From: Sarea resinae
Taxonomy: Eukaryota
Assembly: GCA_026026165.1 (NCBI GenBank)
Contig: JAPEUD010000005.1
Span: forward strand, 434,001 to 498,000
Direction of reading: 5' to 3'
DNA length: 64,000 nt
Position 1 is the first letter of the stretch; each line of letters opens with the position of its first letter. This document shows, piece by piece, positions 53,041 through 64,000 of the stretch. Made by a program: the position numbers and the translations under genes. The notes under the pieces were generated by a model. It saw only the letters and a program-made list of their open reading frames with translations. It ran no database searches and was not told where the DNA came from.

Positions 53041-54487
53041 TCAGATCGGCACGGTCAAGGGGCACATGGTCCTGTTGAGACGTTAGCATTCCACAGCCTC
53101 GCGTTTGACCATCTGCTGGCATGCCACAGCGGAGTACGTACGATGCACCACCATCCACTACCATGTTGCTTCCTGTGATGTAGGAGCTGAAGCCACTGGC
53201 CAGAAACCCTGCAACGCGAGCAATCTCTGTAGGAAGCCCAGCACGCTCTAGCCCTATGTTCTCTTTTTGAGCCTGCATGTATCCGTCAACGACCGCACTT
53301 TAATGTAGCCTCGGGTGGAGACCAACCTCCTTGGATTGCAAGGCTGCTGGAGGGAGTTGCGAATTGAGTCCGCGTTTATCAAACTGCTGCGACATTAGCA
53401 AGTGTTTGACTAAGAACCGTTTGAATTGTCATACGTTTTTGAGATCAACACCGACATCAATCTGGCCCGGCGAGATGCAATTGATTCGGACACCGGAGCC
53501 TGCAGCTACAGTCATGACCCTGCTATTGCGGAGCCAATTGAGGGAAGCCTACCTTTGAGAGTCGCCACACCTGCTCGGACTACACCCAGCGCTGCATGAG
53601 AACTCATTGTGAAGCACGGTCCCCAACAGCCTGTCCATGCACCGAATCAGCCGTGCATTTGCTCAGCACGATAGTTTCGAATACCTACCGCCATACGTGC
53701 TCGCCACAGAGCTAATCACGATTATGCTTCCATATTTCTGATCTTTGGGGGCTGCATTCGGATAACTCCCCTTGGGTGTCGTCTTACCCATGGCGGGGGG
53801 CGCATACTTGAGCGCAAAGAAAGGCGCCATGGAATTCGCTTCAAAGCAGCGACGCAAGTCATCTGGTGTCGTCTCGTCAACAGAGGGCGGCCCCAAGAGG
53901 CCGCTGCTGCACACCCAGACGTCAAGTCTGTGACGATCAGTATGACCACAGTTGCCAGCAGGAAAGACATCTACTCACCTGCCCCACGTGTTCAAGACTT
54001 CATCAATCAGACCCAACGTGTCCTCCTCATTGGAAGTGTTGTAAGGATAGCCGATCACGGTGGTGTTGGGATGCTCTTTTCTCACTTCCGCTGCCAGTTG
54101 AGAGACATCTTGACTAGCTGACTGAGAGCATGCTTTCCAAAAAAAAAAAGTCAGCGATGGCTTAGAGGCATCTCTCTCGAGCTTGGAGTGGCTGGCAATC
54201 GGAGAGCTCCAGCAAAGTTCTCAGAAGGAGGCTACAGACCGTATATGCAAGCTGCTCCATGTGCTTCGGCCGGTCAGCTAGATAATTTCAATATGTAATG
54301 GTCATGCATGTGCATACCCGCCAATTCGAATGTGACAGCTTTTCCAACCGGCTGGTTTGCTCCAGCTACCACGCAGATGAAACCGTACTAAGTGTTGCAC
54401 TGTCAGTGTGATTCTGGTCGGACTCGAACAAAGCATCTTCACCAGCTTTCCGTCGGAGCGATAAGGTGAGAAATATTCAGAATCCAT
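53041..54487 (-). CDS. Atypical short-chain dehydrogenase/reductase-fold protein, ~10 exons
   Basis: Spliced: MDSEYFSPYRSDGKL|YGFICVVAGANQPVGKAVTFELA|AHGAACIY...WGRLDVWVCSSG...GSIIVISSVAS...GSGVRINCISPGQI...GLERAGLPTEIARVAGFLASGFSSYITGSNMVVDGGAS|TMCPLTVPI. Confidence 0.85.
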
Positions 54488-57400
54488 TGTGAACGGCGCG
54501 AAGATGTCAGAGTAAATAGCGATTCAGTTTTTGCTCCTGTGCCTTGATGCAGAGATGGGAAAGTCAGTTGAAGACCTAAATGTTAGTGGAAGCAATAGCA
54601 AAGCGTTCCCGACGCATCATGATCAGGATGAGAGGAGCCTGTTCTTGAGAGTCCAATCGACGGCCATTGGGGCGAATCTCTGCAAATTACTGCCTCGAAG
54701 AAACCCAGAAGTTGAGGTTGGAGGATGCATTTCTCCTCGGAAACCCTGATAAGTCATCGCTTATCGTTGTTATCTTCGTCATCATGTCCCAGCGGTAGAG
54801 TACCACCTAGTAGCTAGAGACACCGGAGGGTTTACCACAAGACCAGAGCAAGCCGCCAACCCCAGGTTCGCATCAATGCCAGTCTTTGCAGGAGGCCGTA
54901 TGCGGATGCGGTCAACATTGAGAGGCTTTGCCTTTGATGCCCCAAGGTAAGTTCAACTGCGCAGCTGCGCTTAGGTAAAAGACAATCCAGTCTGTCACGT
55001 TGTGACTTTGAACAGTCCAGGGGTGTTTCTCCAAATTTGAAGTGCAATCCAACTGATCATTTCGCCCCCCATCTTCCGTCCATGAGGCCCCTCGGCTTTA
55101 CTTTTATCGACAAGAGACTTCCATTATGTCTTGCCGCATGCCGCACTTCCGCACTGCTCCAAGTACTGAAACCTCTCGGTCGTGTACCGCCGATCAATAC
55201 AATACGCATGAGAGGCGTACTTCGTACACACATAATGGCCACTCTACTCTGTAGAGATGATCGCGTAGCGGAGTTCTGCCCAGGCGGAGATGGGTCTTGA
55301 TGGGCGGCAATCATTATGGAGAAGATCTACGCAGTACTCCGGATCGCCAATGGCGACCGAGTCTCTTGCAAATCGTCCCCTCTGTGGCAAGAGATCGTCG
55401 TCTCTCCGAAGAGAAGGCTTCTGGAGCGGATTGGACGAAGTGGACTCGTCCCATCACCGCTGATCCGTGTTGTTATCCATGGGGCCGGCCCTAAGCGGCC
55501 AAAGAGGCCAAAGCGGCCTCACGCCTTTTGCGAGTGAGTGTGAGTACTCCGTAAGGTACTCTGAGTAGGAGTGCACAGAGTACGCTCTCACGCCTTTTCG
55601 CTTCCTCCAGCTCGACTTCACGTTGCACGAAATTGGCATGGGGAGACGGACGGCGCTAGTGCCTTCCGTCGCGTGGCAGGCTTGCTGGAGCTCTTCTAGC
55701 CTCGTACGAGGACGAAAGATGCTGCTGCTGCTGCTGATCAATACTTACGATAAGGACCCATGGCGACCGTTTTTCGTGCCACCGTTTCTCTTCGGGAAGA
55801 CATACCTAGTCTGCCGAGAACCGTGGATGGAAACACGAACGAGAGGAGAACGAGCGAAGGCCAACGGAAGTCGAATGTGGCCATGAAACACATACTAGGC
55901 GTTTCTCGCTGGCATGTCGGCACGAAGCGCCTCAAGGATATTTACCTAACTACAACCAGCGACGACGGCAAGATGTGCTGCCAGCACCTTGATGATTTGT
56001 TCAATGAAGCTGCAAGGGGAGTGAGGAATAGTCATCAGAATGCTGGCGGAGTAAGGGTCGAGGTGCTGGGAGAAAGGGGTCTGGGTACTCCGTCCTTCGG
56101 GTATCCACTCGTGTGCCGAGTGATGCACCGCTGGGTGCAGAATGGATTGAAAGTGCCAAGTACCTTGCCTTGCCTTGCCTTGCCTACAGTATGTACGGGC
56201 ACCGGATATTTAATGACGTGAGCCGAAGGCAATCATATATGGATGGATGTGCATTGATGCATTTACATTTGCATTTGCATTTGCATGGCCTGGCTATGCT
56301 GCTCTAGCCAGGCACGGAGCGCGGAGGGCGCCTTCGTCGAGCTCATTTCTTCAATTTCTCCTGTCAGCTGGAGACCGACATTGGACGAGGGGGAGGAGTG
56401 CATACTCCGTAAGCCAAGCTAACCTTAGGAGGTACCTCCCTACTCCGTACCTTGTCCGGGCGGCCTACCGCCCGTCCTGAGCTCGGGTACCGTCCGGTAT
56501 GGAGATGGAGTTATCGAGTACGAAGTACGAAGTACTTCATACAGCATACGTACCCCATTCCTCACTCACACAATGGAGAGAAGGGCTCTTCAAACGCCGG
56601 CACACATACTAGGCAGTACGATGGATGGATGTATAAAGTACGCATCACGGTCAAATCAAATCACTGATAAATTGATCCATGCCTGCGTACCTTACCTACT
56701 ACCTACTCCGGAGTACATTGCCTACCGCCGTAGTACCTTTAGCCCTCGAGCCCTGGCCACCACGAAGCGTACCAAAGGCCTCCGAGCAGCTTGGCCATGA
56801 GCCGAGGTCGGATTGACCAGCCCTGAGGCGTCGTCCTCGTCTGAAATAGCCCACAACTCCGCTCGTGCTTGGCAGACTCGCACCCACTTGGCAGGGGGCG
56901 GCTCGTCATGGGAGAGAGTCCCGACCTGTCAACTTGTTTTAGCCTGCCAGCGAACGACTCTCGACCGCGAGCAGAGCCTATCTCGCTCGCTCTGACGCTC
57001 ACCGCGGGTGGGCTTCCCAGGGAAAAGGGAAGGCCGAAGTACAAGAAGTACAAGTGCTCGTCGTCGAGAGTGCTCCACCCCAGCGTCTACATATCATATC
57101 CCATGATTGATCCTTTATCCTTTGATGATGATGCTGCTGATGATGCTGATGATGCTGATGATTGCCCTCTTGAACCGAGTTGAGCCATCCCGACTCGACC
57201 GCCATATGCGAGCCACATCATGAGATCGGGGCCTGCCAGACCAGTCCCAGCACTCGATTGCGACCTCTCCACACCTTACTCATAGCACAGCTCATACCTT
57301 GCGTGAAGTCGTGGCTGTTCGCGCTCTCGTCCCCGGTAGCCTGGTGCGTAGACTGGTGCCAGCTGTCAGAGGGCGCTCCTATTTGGCCTGCTGTTCCCCT

Positions 57401-57905
57401 TGCGAGAGCTGTGGTAAGACGCATCCCTGTAAATCTCCCGGATCCCTAGTATGTAGTGGTATTCCTCCCAAAGGCCATCGTCAACAAAACTACGAGGGTG
57501 TCCGTCCCCATTGACACTTGGAAGGCGCCTGGAATTCCATTCTTTTGCATCCTCCTCCATCCTCCAACCTCCACCGTCCATCCGGTGTCCTCGGTCTACC
57601 GAGCATCCTCTGTCCTTCCTTCACGGTCTGCAGCTTCCACACCCAAGGACTCGGACAAGCTTTGAATCTCCATTCTTGCGTTCCTGCGTCGTTGGATCTA
57701 GCTCACCTGCTGCAAAGATCCGTGCCGCTTCCCGTTACCACGCACCTCGTCGTGGAAATTGCTTCGGCCTCCGCCTCTGCCTCTGCCTCTGCACCGTCAG
57801 CTGCCGTCAGCTGGCCTTCTCATGTGCAGCGTGCAAGGCAGTCGAGGCACATTGGTGGCATTGAACGAGGAGACACAGCATATCGGGGCTGCAGACCAAA
57901 GCGAC

Positions 57906-59934
57906 ATGTCTTGTCGTCCGCCAAAGCCACAGCGTGCCACCGCTCGCCCAGCGTCCGATATTACGGCCGCCATGCCCACTACCAGGACTTCGATTTCTTC
58001 CGCCGCTCCGTCGTCGACTCCTTCCTCACCTCTACTATCACCGAGTGCGTTGTACGCGGCCTCCCTACGAGATCGACCACCAACGGCACGAAGCACCTCG
58101 CCTGTTGAGCTCGAACGACGAGACCCTCGCAAGAAGATGATGACAATGCAACTCACCGAAGCAGAGTTCGAGAAATTGCCATTGGCCGTCAGACGAAAGG
58201 TACGCACCAGCTTTTCTTCATTCGCCACCCTCTAGATGATAATTTTTCCATCAAAATGGTCATGGATGGACCAATTGCTATCGAGCGTTCTCATGGAATG
58301 CTGGTCCTTACTCGGTCGAGGTTCTGGCTTGTAGCGATCAATCTCCCCTTCTGCTTTCGCGAAGGGCGGTCTACTCGCATCGGTAGCGTGCTGCACCCGC
58401 TTCGATCTACTGCAAGCTGGCAATGCACCATCAACGATTCTGTGTCGCTATCCCTTATCTACTGCGTTACTACATTTCTTGCCATGCATGCATGAGGGGC
58501 TGACAGGATTTTACTTGTGTGCAGCAATTTTCCTCCTTGGAGCGTCTCAGGATGGCACAGAATTCTACTCGTCCACAAACACACTCTGGCATGCTTCACC
58601 GAAAAGCTAATTGCTCTCTGAGCGGTCCCATAAGCTTCCGCAGTCACAGTGAGAAGGGTCGGGGTCCCGGCTCGACATCGCTACGCAAAATCAAGAAATT
58701 GAAGTCGGGCAAGGAAGAATTCCTCGTTACTCAGGCAGATGCCCAGTGGTTCCTCAGGTTACCGGAAAAGATCCGGAGGAGGCACTTCACGAGAGAAGAA
58801 CAAGTACTTCTAGCGGGCCATTGCGAAAGTGTCATACTCGATGCCACTGATGAGGCGATACATAAAGCTGGTGTGCAAGCCACTCGGAGTACGAATTCGG
58901 TCGCTGGTAGATCACGCGAGAAGTCGTGTGCGGACGAGACACGAGATAGTACGGACGTGGGATCCCCTGGGATATCCAAGACGATGGAAGAAAGCTTCCG
59001 GTGGATGGAGGACGACGACCTCGATCTGCGTCTGAGACTAGAAGACTATCATGAGCACGTGGCTCACATGGCCACCCCTGAGTCTCAACCGGATGTACGC
59101 TCGAGGAGGCCGTCACTGCGCCGAAAGATCTCGCGGAATTCTCTCGCCGCCTTTGGACGGAGTCCCACCTCGTCTTCAACCCAGATGCAACCACCGCAGT
59201 CGGAGGGGCTGCACGACCCTCGAAAGCTTCGAGGATCAATGATTGCACCTCCTCGGCACAAGGCCAAGGGCTCCGTGAGCAGTATAGAGCCAGGAGCTAA
59301 GCACTACCAGGACCCGGAAGCTCGACTGAGACTACGCGTGTATCTTGGATCTCCCCAGAAATTTGACGAGGTGGTCGAGTTCGGATTCCCATCGACCGAG
59401 ACGGAGAGTCGAGGGCCTGGCGAGTCGGGGAGACACAAGCTGGGTGGGCGACTCTCATCGAATGACACGCAAACCTTCCTGCACAACGACCAAGTTTCGT
59501 TTCTTGAAGATGGTGACGATGCTTCTGTAGCAGAAACCGACTTTCCTGCCACGCCCTCTGATCACGATACCGTCTTTCGTTCGCCTCATCGTCTTCCATC
59601 TTCCAATGTTAGCTCCACGGACTCCTCCGGGCTTCCGAGATTCCTACCAAAGACCAAACCGACCGATTCTTATGCACAGGCCTTGGCTGGCAATCGGGAG
59701 ATGACACTACGCATGACTCTGACGAGGCCGGACCTGCGAGCGGACGACAGTGACCTCTACGCCTGGCAAGGAAAACCCAATAACGACTTGCTGGCGCTGG
59801 AGGACCTGCCACCTCTGACGGAGGAGGGTCAGGGGGTTGCAACACCATTTGCAAACTCCTCTCCTTGGGCTCATCGGCGAGATGGTAGTATGGTGAAGAA
59901 ACTATGGCGAAGGGTCAAGCCTGGGCAATCGTGA
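57906..59934 (+). CDS. Hypothetical Ser/Pro-rich protein (2 exons; intron 58200..58524)
   Basis: 471-aa exon preceded by GCTGAC...CAG; upstream exon ...MQLTEAEFEKLPLAVRRK|QFSSLERLR joins in frame; ordered blocks LPEKIRRRHFTREEQ, HYQDPEARLRLRVYLGSPQKFDEVVEFGFPS, REMTLRMTLTRPDLRA. Start could instead be 58137 or 58146. Confidence 0.8.
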
Positions 59935-61898
59935 AGGTCCAGCCTTGGCTCTCCTGCCGAGCATCGATATTTTTTTTTAGTCATAGCGGGGTGGCTTCTT
60001 TCTTAGCCTATCTGGCAGTGTTCTTTCTCTTTACATATTTTGCTGCCTTGAAGCGAGAGGATACCCATGGCTTTCTGCTTCTTCAGCGTTCATTCTCATC
60101 AACGGAGTTCGGTCCCAAGAATCTTGGCATTTCTGCTACTAGCGGGGTATCGATGAATTGATATGGGAAAGGGCTATGGCTTGCACTTCTTTGAGCGTGT
60201 GAGCGAATGGTTTTGTCCGAGCACTCGTTCTTTCGGACCTATTATGGACTTCACTCCAATCTGTTCACTACATCTTCACAAGGGACTCTTACCTATGCAC
60301 GGATCGATTATGGTCACCGCGCTACTGTATCTAATGTAGCTACCTACCTTATACTTTCTCGGAATCGATGCTGATTCTTGGTGGCGCTGATGCCGCTGAT
60401 TGTTTGACTCGACTGTAGGGTAAACCATGTATCCGAAAGGTTTCCCCAGTTTGGACACGTGCGTTCGTTTCGCGTTAGGCGGGGCGCGGCGCGGCGCTTC
60501 ACCGCCTTATTATTAGACGCCTCATGCACCGTGATCTGCCCTTCGCGTCGGCTGCTGCCCCTGATGACTGCGGCGCGGCGAAACGGAGCTGCAAAGTGGC
60601 CTCCTGCATACCTTGAGACCGCGCACACATATCGTGATGGAGGGGGAGAGAAGGTATGGATCTGCTTCCCATCTTTGTATCGGAGAGGGGTCATGCTGGG
60701 CTTACAGAGATTAATCCGTACGGAGCACTCTACAATCTGGAGTAAGCTCACGGCGGCGACCAGACATACTTAATAATACTCCTGCTGCTGCGCACGAGCT
60801 TCGGCATGGAGATAGGTAGATGAGTACATTACTGAAGTAAGGTCCGGAATATCACGGAGGAGATGATCCGCGTGGTGGTGGTGATGGTGGCTCGAGCTGC
60901 CCGTAATTGATGCCATGGGGGATCTGGATGTGCCGGTGCTGAAAGGCGCCAAGGTGCAGCTCGTAATGATCCTACGGAGTACGGAGTACTACTATGTATT
61001 TGATGTATCCAATGTACCCAATGTATCACATCAGCCGTGTTTGGGCCTCTGTTGTGTGTGTGCCTGGCGGATGCGGTACCTGCATGCATCAATGATGGCT
61101 CCTCCTTCTGCTGCTCCTCATTTGGGGTCGTCCAATGGATGGTTCTCGCCTGAGCCGGCGACGTCAGACCAGGGACGGGTCTAGCCCCTTTTGCCCCTTT
61201 TGCGGCCCGGGAGCTTGCCGAGCTTGTCTCTGGTGGGATTAGGAGTATTGATTCCAATGAAACTACTCTGCGAACACTCTAGAGCACGGCTCCGCGACGT
61301 TGATCGTTCGCTCTTATGGCGTTCGTCTGGTTTCCGTCACGTCTCTTGCTGCCGTAGGCGGCAGGGTCGAGGGCTCGATCTCGTATCAATCGTATCAAAT
61401 GTACTCCTCCTACTGCGGTAGAGGACTCCGAGACAGAAGTCCGAAACAGTGATCGGCATCAGAACGTACCATCCAGCCGTCCTGCCTACTCCGTCCGGCA
61501 GAGTCTACCGTGCGCTCATAGTAGTGGCAGCACTGGCTGGCCAGACGATTGGCATTGAGACATGCAGCCTACTGCGGTAATCCCTTTCGTGTCAGCTCTT
61601 CCCCCTCAGTCCCCTCGATGCCCTTGATCCCCTCCTGCTCTGATCTCTCCTCCGGAGCCATGTTGGTTGTGTCATTCAACACCCCAACTCCTGCTCTCGA
61701 GGCATTGAGCGTTTGACCTCGACTGGATTTTCTTTCTTTGGATTATCCACACATTCTTTTGAACTCCGCGACCATTCAAACGCTGTGGCGTCAACCACCG
61801 ACCTGGAAGAACAGGCTGAAGCCTGTCCCAACACTATCCTTAAAGAAACACTCATTATCACAACCATCACTCACTAACTTGCGCCGGTCGCGAGTCTG

Positions 61899-61931
<33 letters not shown>
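61899..61931. repeat. (CAT)n microsatellite about 40 nt upstream of the MFS start
   Basis: About 10-11 copies read directly. Confidence 0.92.
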
Positions 61932-61932
<1 letters not shown>

Positions 61933-61972
61933 CCAAGATCTCTGCACAGTCAACTCTCTTTGGACTGTCAAG

Positions 61973-63719
61973 ATGTTTGGATTTCACAGACGCACCCGGT
62001 CATTGATCCCCGTGAGGGACATGGCCAAGTACGAGAAGGTGGACATGGACATTGAAAGCGAGGAGGATTATGACGATGTTCCTGCGGGGAACACCAAGGC
62101 CGAGAAGAGGCAGTTGATGATCATCTACGTCTTGTTCTTGACAGAAGCGTAAGTCCATTGGTCTAACTCTAGAGGCTGATATATCTCTACGATCTAATAT
62201 ACTAAGACCTTTCCAGGGTCATGGCTGCTTCGCTCCAGCCCCAATTGAAGATGCTAGTTGCGAAGGACGATTTCTGTGGCAACCTCTCGACATCCTATCT
62301 GAGGAGCATCCTCGATTGCGCATACGCATTCGGTGGCATCGCCGGCATATTCTGGGGATGGCTTTCGGACAGGATCGGACGGAGACCCGTCGCTCTTACT
62401 GGCGTCATCGGCATGTCTGCTTGCTGCTTGAGCATGGGATTCGCTACAAGCCTTCCCGTCTGTGCTGCGATCCGACTTTTGGCTGGACTGATTAGTTCTG
62501 CTGTCCCAGTCACTGCCTTGACAATGATTGGAGACCTTAGCCACAGCCCTAGCGCGAGGTCAAAGAATATCGCGCGTCTGCCCCTCATCGCCGTGTGCGG
62601 ATCCGTTGGGCCGCTGGTACAGGCAATGGTCACCGGTAGCATCAAGGCTAGTGGAGAAATCTGGCAGCGATTCCCGATCCTAAGCAGCGAGATTGCCTGC
62701 TCCAGTCTAGTATTCCTGATTGGCTTTACAGCATACTTTATGCTGGATGAGGTGAGATTCTTTGAACCAGTTCAATGCTATCCCGAGACTTCGAGATTCC
62801 TTATACACTTGTGGGTTATATTTGAAGAGAGCGTTTAGCTAATCTATTCGGTCAGACACTGCCTGGACTTGCTTCCCCGAACAAACCTATAACCATGGAG
62901 TCCTCTGACGTTGATTGCGAGAAGGCTGCTTTCCTTGGCCAAGAGTCTCAGGACGAGCAAATGATGAACCCGACCATTCGAATTGTTGATTCCACTGGTC
63001 CTGAGCCGATCTCCGTCCGCCAAATCATCAAGGCGCCATCTTTGATCGTTCTGCTCTCATCCTTCTCTCTTCTATCGCTTCACGCTTCGACCTTTGACAC
63101 TCTTCTCCCGCATCTCGGTCACAGCAGCACCCGCCACGGCGGTATGGGAATCCCCTGCTCAGTCCTCGGCTTTGTCGTGCTTCTGCTTCGCGCTGTTGCC
63201 GGCCTACTCATTCTGATCACAATCCCCAAAGCCGTCGAGCGCATCGGACTTCTCAAGCCATATCGCATGTTCTCCTTGGCCTTCCCAGTCATATATGTTG
63301 CGACTCCCGTCTTTGCATACATGGCTATGTGCTCGGCCATGCCGACCGCCATCAGCGCTACCCTGGCGATTCTCTTCAAGAACATCTTCGCTGGAAGTGC
63401 GCAGACGCTCGTCGCACTGCTCATGCTCAATGCTGCTCCGGATGCCTACTCATCGGGCACCATTGTTGGGTGGATGCAGTGCGCATCGTTCTTCAAGGCT
63501 CTCGCGGTTGCTGTGAGCGGTGCCAGCTTCTACGTCAGTTCGGACCTCAGCATCACGTCGACCAACTACGCGCTCTGGAGTAGTCTGACGGCCTTTAGCG
63601 TCATCGGCGCTGCCTTGGCCTGGTTTGTGCGAGAGAGGCCAAGCGTGGAGCAGGATTTCCCCAGTGAGGTGCTGAAGTGGGAGACCTGCTTTGACGCGGA
63701 TGGGGAAGGTGCCGTGTAG
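61973..63719 (+). CDS. Major facilitator superfamily transporter (3 exons)
   Basis: Motif A GWLSDRIGRRP, multiple hydrophobic helices in two halves, second-half AVERIGLL; introns ~62149-62216 and ~62752-62855. Confidence 0.88.
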
Positions 63720-64000
63720 AGGAACCGTGGGCGTCGAACTGCTTTCGTATCACGACCGCCATGCCTCTGGTTCTCTTTCTATTTGGCGACTCGCGTTCTT
63801 TTTCGAGCAAGCTCGCTTGCCCTATCTTGCCTGACCATACTACCCGTTCTACTGTTCATGTTCTCGAATCGTCCGCTGAGCGAGTCTCTTCCTCCACACT
63901 CCTTTACGAGATTCCAAGATATATACGTTTTTGATTCCCCTTCATACTTTGGTCGCGACCCAGTCCATGGCTCGATTCTCCTTTGCTTTCTCCGAACCAT

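Overview
Eukaryotic DNA from a filamentous ascomycete (Pezizomycotina-type short GT-AG introns with CTRAC/CTRAT branch points). I manually spliced 23 protein-coding genes, mostly housekeeping: TRS23 (partial), RPB4, TRM5, ARS2/SERRATE-like, TspO, CGI121, VPS10, a coiled-coil/TM protein ending in FDEL, TMA22, ELMO/LMO1, REG1-like, a zf-GRF protein, a PX-domain protein, CCT4, RPT1, SDH1, CGR1, ORT1, CDD1, an atypical SDR, a hypothetical protein and an MFS transporter. I found no supportable tRNA, rRNA, transposase or CRISPR array. The main unexplained signals are: (i) a TACTCCG/CGGAGTA motif seen over 20 times, almost all non-coding, including three copies of the 12-bp palindrome TACTCCGGAGTA, each between divergent genes; (ii) microsatellite and TpA-rich islands between convergent 3' ends, flanked by exons with sharply higher GC3; (iii) an SDR lacking its catalytic Tyr/Lys; (iv) a Sec20-like-topology orphan membrane protein; (v) splice signals, including a possible 4-nt microexon, in a 5.8-kb gene-free stretch. 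Gene names come from recognised motifs, not database searches, and counts are by eye.
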